A stretch of 61,243 nucleotides of DNA, counting the filler, from Sphacelaria rigidula (taxonomy: Eukaryota): assembly GCA_964200075.2 (NCBI GenBank). It is 10 parts of 10 records of this genome, joined end to end, with 100 filler letters (N's around TTAATTAATTAA, not from the genome) between each part and the next. Parts side by side here need not be neighbours in the genome. Positions count along the whole stretch, not along the records: positions 12,271 to 18,305 come from CAXNAA020022660.1; positions 18,406 to 24,440 come from CAXNAA020022661.1; positions 24,541 to 30,575 come from CAXNAA020022662.1; 7 more parts are not named here. One strand, given 5' to 3'. This document shows, piece by piece, positions 13,005-25,950 of the stretch. The notes below the pieces were generated by a model. That model saw nothing but the letters and a program-made list of their open reading frames with translations, searched no databases and was not told the DNA's origin. Every line of letters starts with the position of its first letter. Positions within the stretch are counted from its first letter, which is position 1. The position numbers and the translations under genes are program-made.

Positions 13005-13413
13005 CTGTGAGGAGACACATCCCGGACCAGATGCAGGGCAGTCAAAAACGAGTTAGGGTAGATAGCGTGCTACAAAACAGCAGAGCTTTGACCAGTCGTC
13101 ACCCCAAGGACTATGGTAGAAATGAACGAAGCAGCGGCAGCTGTAGAGCTCTCACTTAAACCGAGTTACCGCCATATGGGGTCACACGTCTCTGTACACC
13201 TGTGGACAGTACAGTATTGGAGCGCGAACATCAGCACACAGGTTTACAACCTAACGGGAGAGCGCGGATATGAGTACACCGTAGAGACCGGCCAACCATC
13301 TCGTAGTGGGTAATATATTACGCGCAGAAGATGCTCTCGCCTGAGAAGTCGTGCCGCGGTTGGCATACGGTGTGAACCTTGTGGCACACACTTTGGAATA
13401 AATGTCTTCTCAC

Positions 13414-14247
13414 CTTTCGAACGGGCTCCAACTGGCTCGGCTGCTCGGTATCATCGGCGTCACTCAGACTTTCTAGTGCTCTGCTTTTCGCTTCCTCCAC
13501 GGCGGTGCCCACTCCCTCTTTGACGATCTCTGATACCACCCCTCCCAACGTCTGTCCGAAGGCAGAATCAATTTCAGCAGGAACCGCCAAACCAGTGCAC
13601 GCCTTGAGCGCAATGCTCCCGAGGACCAACCCCACCTTTGCTACTGGCTTTGCTTTCCTTACCCAATCCAGGAGCTCCTTGACCTCATATCCCTGTCCTC
13701 CAGGGCCGCAATCTACCAGGCTCTTGTCATGAGCGCAGAGTAGAAACAGTCGCAAATCTCTGCGGAAAACGCCCTTGCTGACCACCATGCCATCTAGAAA
13801 CCAACTCTGCAATCGAGCATTCCAGCTCTGATAACTTCTGTCGCTCTCCAAGAGAACCCCTTCATGCGCTGGCAGGAGACACGCTAAGCGGGGCACCGGC
13901 CATCGCAAACAGGCTATATCAAATGCTACGTTTCGCAGCATAGCCATCGATGAGTCACCGAGCCCATCCATTTTCAACCCGTTGATCTTTGCCCCCATGC
14001 TGGTCGACAAGGCGTCCAACTTCGTCTGCAGTCGCTGGTCCGCATCCCCTTCGATGTTGAGCCGTAACTCGTCGAACTTTGTCTCCAGTTGCTGGTGAGC
14101 ATCCCTTTCGACATCGAGACGCAACTCGTGCAATCTTCGCACAAGACTGGCATTGATCAGATTGAGTAGCACCGATTCCGACTCTCCTAGGCTTGTCTCC
14201 GGCGGCTGCCAAGCGGGTATCATCTTGTCCAGTACATCCTCCAGGTT
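13414..14247 (-). CDS. ROCO-family gene, penultimate exon (coiled coil plus C-terminal domain)
   Basis: Acceptor gcacag|AAC at 14247, donor AAG|gtgaga at 13414; 834 bp, phase 0-0, no stops; motifs WPVPRLACLLP, LRLFLLCAHD, GQGYEV, WVRKAKP. Confidence 0.88.
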
Positions 14248-16805
14248 CTGTGCCATGCGAGTTAAAATTGAAGCATGCGTAGGCGGTAGAAACAGCTGGC
14301 GATTCAGTGACACGGGTTCTGCCCTTGACATTGGTGGTATGTTCGGAGTTCGACCCTCCGGTACAGTAAGTCTAAGGCGAGTCACACCGACGCGACGCAC
14401 GCAGATGCTACACGCGATGGATACTCCCAAGAAGCAAAAACGATCATATATTAACAAGCACAAACATGCTGGACACCTGTCAAGTCACGTACTCCCCAGT
14501 GCTTCATCAGAGCGCACGTCGGCCACGCACGTGAGTAAACAGACTTGAGTTCTTTCGTGCCGGGATAACTGATAACACCAGATACACTGATAAAGTACGG
14601 CAGTATGCGTTGCTCGTTCATGCTGTAGAATGAAAGCGAGCGCAAGATCGCATGCATGATTTATCGTTCAAAGTCTGCTATTCACGGCACTCGTTGTCGC
14701 ATTTTGTCGTTGCTTTTGCCATCTCGCGGGATTGTGTACCAGTGCATCGATACAGTTCAAGTATCAACATGAGTCGCGTGTGGACAAGGGTGCCATGAAT
14801 GCGGTTCGTATTGACGGCGCTGTGAAATAAATGTTGACGGGGCAACCCCAACACGTCAAACTGTTGGAGAGGAGTGCGTTCGGCTACGATAACACATCAG
14901 TGAACATCTACACCTCAATTGCACAGCACCCACATAAGTGCATATGCTTGCGGTATGCCCACAGCCCTGATACTGATCCGCTTCCTCAAAAACGGACGAT
15001 CCCAAGTTGGGGTACTCTGAGCAAAATACGCCGTCGTCGGTGTATACTGAAGTAGTTCACCTTCAACACTTTGATTCCTACAAGATCAACTAGCGTACCA
15101 TGGAAGCGACATGCGCAACCTCGAGTGAGAACGGCTCAGTACTTGCCGACATGCGCTAAGCCACCGATGTCGTCGATGTCCTGCTCTCGAGCAGATTCCT
15201 TGTGTGCCCAGTGAGCTGAAAACGTGTCACAGTAACGCTTGTACACCACTTCAAAGTATTGCAGAGGTTACCACAAATGCCATAGCGGCAATAGTGGTAC
15301 TGTCATAGCCGCGATGGCGTTGTGCGTCGTGCGAGTACCGACGACGGACATGTGCAAGTTGGGGTCTAGAGTAATTCTCCAGTGGGCATTTTCTCTTCAT
15401 CACCATCTGCCATCTGAGCACCGCTGTAGCAAAATTTCTCCCAACACCACCTCCATCTCGGTAGTGACTGTATGTAGCGCCCCTTTGTAGAGATCGCGAC
15501 CGTCTCTCCCGAAACATCTAAAACGCAGACAATATGTAGCGTAAACTGTCAACATGATAAAAATCCAAGGCTTCTTCTTGATGGGACTTTTTTCTTGTCT
15601 TCAGCAGCCAAGAGTTTCAACATTTGAGGGCAACTTCGATTCTGAACGGACGCGCTCATTTGCTGGGACAATCCTTAGATGACTGATCGCCCTTGTAGCA
15701 CCTGTGAAGCGGCTGAGATAGCATTCTCAGCAACAAAAAATAAGCTTTAGTTCAAGAGAATCGGTTATGTATGGGACGAGCAACACCTGGACGCGCGGGA
15801 TATGCTGTGGGCCGGGATCAGTAGTGCTTGCGTACCGCGTGCGTTGTTGCGACTCGATTCATGGCTACGGAAAGCATACCTCTCATTTGTTTCCTGTTTG
15901 ATTGAACCCAGGGAAAGGGCATAATTTTCAATCACACATGACCTACATACAAAAGTTCACACAGAGCTCGTACGGTGCTGTTGTGGTGCAATGTCTATCC
16001 TAGCTTCAGGGTTCTGACTGTACTTGGTCGCTACGAAGCAATTATCCAAAATATGTTCTCGTTCTTATGCTAGTTTGTTGCTGTCGAAATCAATTACAAG
16101 AGTAGCAACCCGTCCAATGGTTTGAACGTATTGATTGCCAGAATACACGATCAGAAATAGGTTTTGGCTCCGCCAACCAAACATCCGCCATAACTATTCG
16201 TTGTTTCTCAGCCAATGAGAAAAAGGGGGCCCTAATTAAGGGTAAAACAAGCCTTGCGGTCTCATGCCAAGCCCATGTTATGTGTCAGTGATATTTTATG
16301 TTTTTAGGGGGTTTACGGGAGTGAGGGAGTGGGGTGGGGTGGAGGGGTGTACTCATGATTTTGCATGTCTTGGGTATATGACCATTGATCTCGTATCCCT
16401 ACAAAGCCGGGACGGAGTACGCCGGGGTTTTGCCGGACCAGGCCAAGGGTTGGGGAGGTAGAGGGGAAGGGACATTGGGCAGTTCTTGTCTGGTAAGAAA
16501 CGAAAGAGACAATCGTTCAATACACAACGCTCAGGCGCTCTACACATATCCCCACGTCAACCTTTGGCAGAATCTTTACTGCGACTTCACAAAGCCCCTT
16601 CCCCGAGCGAGACCGTGATTTGAACCCTGGTCAGGTCAAATACGCATGCAATATACTGTAGGGCAGAGCTGTCAAACGTACCAGACGTGGGTATTTCAAG
16701 GGAAACAAATCAAAACACGAGAACCATCTTGGGACAATCGGTTTAAAATGTGCTCTTTAATCACTGATCAACGAGCAACAACGAGGCACAAGCTCCGCAG
16801 CTGAC

Positions 16806-17654
16806 CTTGTGTATCCTGCTTTGAAGGTGCTCCTGGAGATCGCCCAACGTGTCCTGCCAAGCATCGTTCCCTCCTCTAGTGTTCGGCTCACCCGGTGGGA
16901 AAAACCGCAGGCCTCTGTACTGGTCTTGCAGCAGGTGCGTCAAGGCGTCCTTCGCACGGAACGCGGGATTCCAGATCGTTGGCTCCTCTCTTCCCGCGAC
17001 AGTGATCTCGATCCTCGTCGGTCGATGGTCAGTGGGCTCATGCAGACAGATTAAATGTTCCAACCCATCCATCTTGAACGACGCTCCCTTGTTCCAGCAT
17101 GCTCGGAAGACGATGTTGCGGCCTCGACAAAACGATCCGACGAATTGGGCGATGATTCCAGGCGGTACGTACTTTGCCAGAATTTCAAAGATAAACTGCA
17201 TCCTAACCCCAGAAGAGATGGCCTTCTCCAGATCGGAAAGAGTACCGTCCGCCACCACATACGGCAACCGCGCCGGTACGACAAACTCCGTGTTTTCCTC
17301 CCCTTTCGGCCCGCACGGAAACATGGCACCGTAGGTTGACATCGTATCCATCATGCGCCCAAGTGCCGTTTCATCGACATCCTTCACATCTCGCCACAGG
17401 AATCTAACGTAGTCTTTCGACAGTCGACCGGTTTTGAGGTAGCGTTGGTGGGTGTCTACTAGGTCGTCGAAGTGGAGTGTAGAAGCACGGCAGTACTCAT
17501 CCACCTCACGGCGCCACTGCTCTGTCTGTTCGATTCCAGCCAAGCGGTGGTCCAAGAGCTCTCGAAGTAGCAGATTTATCCACGAAGGGTCCAAGTGCAC
17601 AAGGCCGCACGCGAACAGCAAAGTACCTCCCGTTTGACGCATGTTTAGCGCATC
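16806..17654 (-). CDS. ROCO-family (Roc-COR GTPase) gene, COR-domain exon
   Basis: Acceptor caacag|GAT at 17654, donor AAG|gtcag at 16806; 849 bp, phase 0-0. COR motifs in order: VHLDPSWI, TGRLSKDYVRFLW, MMDTMSTYG, FVVPARLP, YVPPGIIAQF, CWNKG. Roc and any LRR exons are off-contig. Confidence 0.88.
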
Positions 17655-17999
17655 CTGTTGCCGTGCGGGATTGTGTACAGCGAGTGGGGTGAGCATAGAT
17701 GGCAACAATCGTGTACAAACGGAATGCCGGGAACTCCACCGGTAGACGTACAACCCCAAACAGTAATGAGAGCGAGGGCATACAAGGTATCCTGAGTGAG
17801 TGGTGCTACACGAGGGGGGTGGGGTGTTCGACTGCACAAAACAAAAGGGTCCACCAGCTCATTACACGACCTCACACCCGTTATGCGCATGTGTGTATTG
17901 TCGTGTAGTCATTCCATCTATTTTGGACGCCAGTCTACACCTTTCGGTATATGTGGGCGCATCAGCCGGGGGCACACAGGAGGAAGGTCAACACAGGAG

Positions 18000-18245
18000 C
18001 TTTTTTATTTTTGTTTTTTTGTACCTCACCTTCAATCTGCGGGGCTTACCCTCATTTTTCATCGCGAGAGGGGTTCAGGAATCCCCTCCCCTCGTCGACC
18101 CTTACGTCGAATTTTGTATACCCACGACAAAGCCGCTCTCCACTGTTGGGCATGGTGTGAAAAAAAATCCCAGATCGCTCCGAGAATTGAACCCACGACC
18201 CAACCATCAGAGGGTTTTGAGGATACCAACCGAACCACTGACTCC
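18000..18245 (-). mobile_element. tRNA-derived SINE family B
   Basis: Minus strand TGGTTCGGTTGG (A box) ... GGTTCAATTCT (B-box-like), a body unrelated to family A, and an A-rich tail (T tract at 18001-18020 on +). Lies in a ROCO intron. Confidence 0.65.
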
Positions 18246-19619
18246 GACTCCGTACAAAAAATGGCTGCAACATCCCTCCCCCTCGACAATCTATGGTCAG
18301 TTCCTNNNNNNNNNNNNNNNNNNNNNNNNNNNNNNNNNNNNNNNNNNNNTTAATTAATTAANNNNNNNNNNNNNNNNNNNNNNNNNNNNNNNNNNNNNNN
18401 NNNNNGGAAGGATGACGAATGCAGCACTCCTTCACCGTGGCCTAGAAGCGGTGGGGGAAAGACTTTGATAAGCAAGAATTGGGGGGGGGCTGATTCTGAT
18501 CGTGTGTTTTGTCTGGAGGCGTTGAGCTGCTTTGCTCCGCCGGTCACCGAGTGGGAATAAGGGGTTAAGTAGATGTAGTGGGTGTCTAGTTTGGCTTGAT
18601 GACGTAGGCACTACTGTAGTATGGATTGCTGAATTTGAATTTTGAAATTTGATTCTTGTACTGTTGTAGGCAGCTGACTGACTGTGAAGTGGATTTTGCA
18701 ACATGTGATATACGAGTTTCGAAAGTTGTCACCTGCACTGTGTTGTGTGGGTTCATATATACTACCCAGGAGCTTGGTCTCGCGTGCGTAGTGCAGGTTA
18801 CTCGAATGCTAAGTACGACCACCCACGCTATTGTAAGGGGCATGGGCCAGTACAGTTGAAGAATTTAACTTGCGTTTCGCTTAGATTGACTATCAGGAGC
18901 TACAGTGTGATAAAACACACAGCTCATCCATCCTTGTTTTTTTGTTTTGGTGTGAAAAGGAATGTACCGATGTATTTGATTCTTGGCTGGTCCCATAGTC
19001 GTTGAAGAAGTGACGAGTTTCGGGATTTGCGGTTGTTTTACGGTTGCTGATGAAGTTCATTTCTTGAGAGGATACACCTATTAAATGCGCCGTGAGGGGA
19101 AGAGTTCTTTTTCCGGTGATAAGTTCTGTTAACCAAGTATGGTCCATGAACTTTACTTTTGACACGCGCAGTCTATGGGGGGGTGTTTGTAGGATGGCCT
19201 GCGGTGTTCAGTAAGATACACCTGGTCAGGGTGATGTACAACAGTCTAGTGATATACCTGTTTGAGTTCCGGGTACTACGCGGAATGACTTTATATTGTG
19301 ATGTTAGTGACTGGACATACGTGGGTGGTGCTTGTCGCATCTTGGTACCTTGGCCCCCATAGGGTCCACTCCCCTTCCTTCCCTCTTCATCAAGAAAGCT
19401 TTATATACATTTCTACCTCATCTTAATCGGCAGTCAGCCGTGTCCATTGATCGACTATCGCAGTCGTGTCCATTGATCAACTATCTGAGTCGAGTCTGTA
19501 CCCCATCCTCTCACGGAGTCACGAAGCTACAAACATTTCAGTCTCTGGATGAGACGCTTTGCCCTCACAAAGAGACGTCAATTGCGATGTAGAACACCCG
19601 TGTTCACTCATTGGTTAGC

Positions 19620-19920
19620 CACACTTTTAACCCCTCCTCCTCCTCGGGATGATCGAGTTCATGGTCTCGAGGGAACAAGTCCTCTCTACTCCGGTACATT
19701 GCCGACATTTCGGTACTCAAGATTGGATCACCACTCTCGTATCGCGTCGCTTACCGTCAATACTTTGGCTTTTCACGTCCCCATGTCTTCGACGGCCGAT
19801 ATCAGATACTTCTAAAAAACGACGCATCTGCTGGGATTCTAACCCCGAACTCTGTCCTTACTGGTTTATAGCTATGACAGTTGTATCATGTACCACTATC
19901 GTTGGACTACCGGGGCGGGG
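19620..19920 (-). mobile_element. tRNA-derived SINE family A, old diverged copy
   Basis: aacccctcctcctc...ccggtaca...gattggatca...gggattctaacccc...accggggcg colinear with 33201-33515. Confidence 0.65.
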
Positions 19921-22900
19921 CTGCCATTGGATCGGGTGATGGCGAACTATAGTATCATCCCCGTAAACTTCAGAATATTTCTCTGCGTGAGGGAACGTCC
20001 CTCGGGGGTGCACAACTAGTTTTCTTCTCATTATAGCGACTACACCGCTAATGTAAGAGAGATGAATGCCTTAGCTCGGGCTAGGAGGAGTAAGGTCGTC
20101 GAAACCCCTCCAGAATTCTTGGGGGCTCCTGAAGTGCACAGTTGGACACGAAGCGGTCATGTGCTGCGCATGGGCATATGTGCAATTGCTCAAACAGTAC
20201 AGCAGAAGCACAACAACATGTGGAATGTCATGTTCTACAAACACAGTTGACGCCTCTTCAACCCTGTGCCGAATCAGGATACCGGAAGAGGCCACGGCAA
20301 GGAAAACTAATGTCGAGTAGCGTTTGCTGAGCGTGTACTACCGGTATTTTGCACCTGCTCATGATCCCAACGTTCCCGAAAACCACTTAACCTAACCCAT
20401 GAAAAAAATATACTGAAACTAACTTACCCCTTTTCCACATTTTCGTGTCTCCTTCTTCAACATGGAAAAATCGAACGAGCAGTGATCGCATTAAACTTTG
20501 CGTTTCCTGTAAAAACTACTTCATCACATTAGTCCGATCTCTCGAACCCGTGGTCACAGACGTAGGCTCATCTTTCCAATACCATCCCCGCTATTCCTTG
20601 CAAGACATGGAGTTCTCATCATTTTTTTTCTAGACTCTACTCTAGAAACAAGAAAAGAGACGAATAAATATTGCCAAATAAAGAAAAGGGAAAATACGCC
20701 GATAATACAGATGAAAAATAGGTTCCTTCGATTCCATCGGGGTGATGAAAAAAAACAAACCTTTCAGATCTGCTAAAAAACGTACGAAACAAGTAAGGAG
20801 AAAGAACTAAAATAAAATAAAATATGGTAAAAGGGGATCAACATGGTCACCAAGCGAGATTCAAAGTCAACAGCCCCACGGTTAACAGACGTTTATTGGG
20901 CCAACAAGCTCTTAAGGCCGTGTCTTTTCGGGACAGACAACCGGGCCTTTTCTACATCGGAGTATTGTTCATCACAGCTGTCCTCAGAAGCTTTGTCGAG
21001 GTAATTGTTGACGCAGCACGTCGAGCTATACATCTGAGACGTTTCCGCGCTTCTGGAAACCTTACATATTCCAGTACCGTACCGTACCAGGGACCGCAAC
21101 ATCATTAAGCCACTACCATGAAGTACTGCACTGCGAAATCCTGGTGCGTACTGCAAAAAAACATGTCAGGCCATCGTCTGTGATTGAAAGTAAAAATTCA
21201 GTAACCGTTGGGCATCGACAAAAATACACGGCCCACTCCAGACACAATTATACCAAAAGAGTATCTGAGTATGTGCACGAACGCCCGTGAACTCAGCCCA
21301 TCTCAGGGTTTCAAGGGTTCTCAGCTGCAACGGTATTTTCCCTGACATACACCAGTTGTTGTTCCTCGTATCTTGCATTGACCATCGCATTGTCACATTT
21401 TTTTGCATTCCTCGAGCATCGTTCTATGTTTTTAGTTGCTATCACACGAGGAGGTCCATACGCTCGCTTCTGTCCTTCGGTGTGGACCGGTTTCTCTTTT
21501 TTCCCATCTAAATTTGAACCGTTGTTCTGTCTGAGACTCTGACGTAGTCGTTGTGGGTGTAAATATCTTTTCAAACTGGTTCTACGAACCGGCGTCTCCG
21601 CCCTCGTAAGACTAGCCCTTCTATGCTTGTACACCAACACAAGAAGACACAAAGCTCCCCGAAAATGTATGCTATGCCTACTTGTTCCCTACGTCTAGTG
21701 CTCATGGAGATTAACACCGTCCTTCGTCGTACCTGCCTCGTCCCATCCTAGATACCGTGACTTGAGCTACATACAGTAGAGTAACTTGGCGACGAGGGTG
21801 TGACCCTGACCCTATTCGCTACGTTTCTTCTCGGTTGACCGTCCAATGCGGTGGCTTGTTTGAACTGTCTTGCCCGCAATATATATATATATATATGTTG
21901 GGGGGGGGGGTTCGGAACAGTTGTTCTCGATGGAGAGACAACGCCTGGATACAGGAGGCGCATCCACGTACATACCATGCACCATAGCTATTTGTAAGTA
22001 GACCTCGGCGAGTAGGAGCGTATTGCTGTCTCAGAGAAGCAAAGCAGCACAGATGGTCGCACTGCTGTAGCAGTACATGTGTCAATAAACTTGGGAACAC
22101 GAGAAAACGTTTATCCCCGTCGCTCAACCGTTACATGAGGCTGTTGATTGAAAGTTCCTTCGCAGCACTCCGGCTAAACCCTCATGCCTACTTAGCATCC
22201 ACCCACGCCTGAAAAATTATCCTCCAAACCGTCGCGGGGTGGAGATCGATCAACGCAAGGATTCTCCGGCCCAAATAGTTTCGAAGATTTCAGGCTATCG
22301 TTGGCGCTTCGACCACTGTCTAGCTTCAACTCAGTGCAACGCGGCGTTTGGAAACCATCCATCATACCGCAAAAAACTGCAAAAATCCCAGCAATGGGTG
22401 AGCGCTGATGCCCAAGTAGTGTGGGTCCCACATAGCCAAGTCACACCGTGCTTCCAGAGCCTTCCCTGTTTCGTTACGTTTTGGTTTGGTTGTTTGTCTC
22501 TTGTTCGCCGTTATTTGGCACGGCCTCCTCACGTGAAGCCATGCGGCAGCGGCCGGCCATCTCTCAATCTTGTATTTCGCGTTGGGGTTGGTAGTAGATC
22601 TATCGTTTTTTCCGAGGGTCATACGTACGAATAATGATTCGTCTGATAATCACGTGCTGTTCGTGTGACTGATTCGTATCGTACGAACCGATACTTGGGT
22701 CGGCCTTGTTTTCGGCGTTGCACCCGAGGTACGCGCATTCCGGGAACGCGGAAAAGCGCAAATTCGTTCCAACACCTTTTGGCCCGAGGTCATTGTTTTC
22801 TCTCTTCCGAGCAATCAGGCCCCAATAATCGTAGACGTAGTCATTCGAACGAGCGATGACCCGTCCGAGCCTTAGTCTTGTGGTCTATTCTTCCACTGCT

Positions 22901-24540
22901 TTTGTCGCGCCAGGTTTCTTCCTTCCTCTATTTTGTCCCGCCTTTCTTTGTTCTGTTCCGTTTGTCGTTTTCCAAAATATATATTTTTCTCCCCCTTGTT
23001 CATTCTTCTCTTTCATGGTGTATTCTGTGACGAGTGCTTCCACCCTCTTCACCGTGGGCACGTCTTATCCTCTGTATGACCACAGCTGGAGTCAATCAAT
23101 TCCCGCACCCTACCGCAGTATCGACAGACCGTGTTTCCATTCATCGCGAAAACCTTTCTGCAATTCCTTTTCTAACCCTATCATCCGTATCACGCCGTAC
23201 CGCACCATGTGTCATCCGTACCGTATCGTGCAACATACCGCAAAGCACGTGTACTGTACCGTAGGAGGAGAATACACCAATATACAGTCGAAATTTCTCC
23301 ATGGCATATATTTTGTTGTGTTCTGTTTGGTATTCTCCGGGACCGGTACTAGGTATTGGACTCGTCTTCTTTGTCATTCTCTCCTTCCTTTCCTTCTCTT
23401 CCTCCTTTTCCCCCGTCGGTAATTTCGTGTGCTTGTCATCTATCTTTCTTTCTCATCAATCCCCCTTCCCGACATCTCTTCTGCAAAGTCTTTTGATTAC
23501 TTACCTCCGGTACGGGTATGTTTTGACCGCGGTGGGACATGTAGAGAACCGATCAGTCAATGTGCCACAGTCATACCAATAAATACAGTATGGATCGAAG
23601 GTGAATATACATGAAATGACTTGCACCAGTTGTTCCAGTTGTACCTGTTGTAGTACCAGTTGTAGTTTGAACCCCCCTGAACGCTCCTTCCTCGGGTTGT
23701 TTTCGGTCGGAATTTGTGCTAAACATTTCTCCATACATGCGTGCATTCCCTTGTTTCACCAAGTGTGTGCGCCTGTAGTGCCTTGTCGTGTCAGGCGATT
23801 GATTGAATGCACAAAATCTTCATCCGAGGAAGAGTTAAGGTCATCATTAGAGGTCGATAAACGGGCACGTGATCCTCTTGCATCGTCGATAGCTGCTCTG
23901 CTTTGGATTTTCGGTCATCTCCGGCCCTAACCCTTGGTGCTGTATGTAGTGTTTTGTTTCGCATACCAAATGGCAAAGCGAAGCTGCAGAATGAAGTGAA
24001 GAACGTGGGGAATAAGTCGGGTCCACTTCTGTGTTCTACTGGCGTTGGCATTGGCATTGGCATTGGCGCTTTTGTTAATTCTGCTTGACTGCCATCACTT
24101 CCTCGTGTCTATACGTTAGACAGCAGCTCTTGATTTTTAGGTATAATACTTGGCAATGTGTTACTCGCCACTTTGTTTTTGGTATTTTGTACGCCATACT
24201 CCTTCCCCCCCCCGCGTGTGTGGATTCACCACAGGCAAGCGCAAACAAGAAGAGATAGCGCAACAAGTGAGTAAACACGACCTAGATATAGTAGGAATTC
24301 AATAGTCATGAGAGAAAGAGGGGGTAGAAATAGGATGCAAAGTTGAAGAGTACGCATGGATACGGAAAAAACGGAAGGGACAGGACCCCAAGAGCAGGGG
24401 AGCGGGGGCAGTGGGGTTCTAGTCAAGGGATACCTGTGTGNNNNNNNNNNNNNNNNNNNNNNNNNNNNNNNNNNNNNNNNNNNNTTAATTAATTAANNNN
24501 NNNNNNNNNNNNNNNNNNNNNNNNNNNNNNNNNNNNNNNN

Positions 24541-24766
24541 TCACTCTGGCCTCCTGCTGATGTGACAGGAAAGTGTCTAACAAAGCGGAGCTCGCAACAA
24601 TCGCCCATCGCTTCGGCTGCCAGCTCCACGGCTCTCTCGTTGCAGTCGAAATTCCCAGGTGACGGGCACACCACCTTACCGTGGCCTTCGTACGTCCGAA
24701 CACCGACTTTCCCCCCTCCTTTCCCTCCTTCCCCTCCTTGCCCTCAGGCTCCCTCCTGTTGTTGTT
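24541..24766 (-). CDS. Possible internal exon of an unknown gene
   Basis: Acceptor ccctctcctttgcactttgcag|AAC at 24766, then an open frame NNNRREPEGKEGKEGKEGGKSVFG...LLDTFLSHQQEAR to the contig end; no family recognised and the donor is uncertain. Confidence 0.35.
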
Positions 24767-25617
24767 CTGCAAAGTGCAAAGGAGAGGGAAGCTCATGATC
24801 ACCGCTCACGTTTCGCGTAAACACGAAGTGGGCTACTGTTGTGCTGTAGCTCTCGGGTATACCGCTGGTCGAGGGTGGATCCACGGAAGCGAAGATATTA
24901 TCTGTCAGAGATGAAAGGGCATGTGCGTGTGACATTCCAATGTGGCGTACCGGAGAAGAAAATGACACCATCCAGCTGCCGCCTGAGAAACGAGTGATGG
25001 TTTATTTCCCACAGGTTCTTGAAAGTATGGTATATCCAGTAGTATTACAACTGTCGAACGTGGATCACCTACAAAGTGTGCAGTTGTTAACTATATCTAA
25101 CCTAGCGGTCGTCCTTGCTGACGTTCGTGGACATGGACATTCAATATCGACACGCATTACTTGGAAGATGGACTTATGTTGTACTTCGACACAGTCTACG
25201 GCACACAGTCCAATGTATGTATACCGTTTGGTTAGGGATACTCCACGGGAAGAGTACCGCACAATGGTCAATATTCTCGCACAAGAGTACCCCAAATTGA
25301 GGGGGTGGGGAGGTACTCTACCTCCGAGTGATCACGCTGCCACAGGTAGTCGGATCTCTTTGTTATTCCACCCACAGAAGGTATGTTGCCAGACTCGGGG
25401 TAAGATTGCAGCTATACACCGTTTTCGAGAGAGAGATCCGCAATCGATCGGGAATGAAAAAATCGTTGGTATGGTAGCTAGCAACACAGTCCAAAGTTAT
25501 CTGGAAAACCATCCTGTACTCCAGAGACAGTGTGTAAGGAAATACCAGGCTATCTCACGAGTTATTGTTCCTATGTGCGCCAGGCCCCTCCTGCACCTGC
25601 TGAGAGGTTTCTAACAA

Positions 25618-25950
25618 TACACGCGGCTATTTGGCTGCACCCCAAAATGCCTCCGGAGGAATGCGCGGCCCTCCAGGGGGAAAACAAACTCTCGGAGGCT
25701 TTCAATCCGTCTGGAAAAAAACAAACTCTACCGACCCGAAAGGCCGCGCAACCCTCCGGAGGAATTTGGGGGTATGTGCGGCCCTCCAGAGGCAAAAATA
25801 AGCCCCCGGAGGCGTTTAACTGCTCTGGAGGAAACAAGAAAAACTCCTCTGGGGGGGTGCGCACCCCTCCGGAGGCGTTTAATTCCCCCGAAGGCTCGAA
25901 AACTTTACCCACCTGGAGGAATTTTGGAGGTAGCCAAATGGCCGCGTGTG
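25618..25950. mobile_element. MITE with CAC...GTG-type termini (EnSpm/CMC-like) and CCCTCCGGAGG subterminal repeats
   Basis: TIRs (T)ACACGCGGCTATTTGGCT / AGCCAAATGGCCGCGTGTG flanked by AA on both sides; a related longer copy starts at 59808. Confidence 0.75.

Noticed and set aside
20893..21156. TnpB/Fanzor-like look of AETSQMYSSTCC...HGLK...VNR
   Set aside because: No CxxC pairs, no NRDxNAAxN motif and no upstream RuvC-I motif; a stop interrupts the frame.
24940..25614. 224-aa ORF (likewise 22856-23422, 29546-30124, 45901-46446)
   Set aside because: No recognisable motif or supporting splice signals; treated as chance ORFs.
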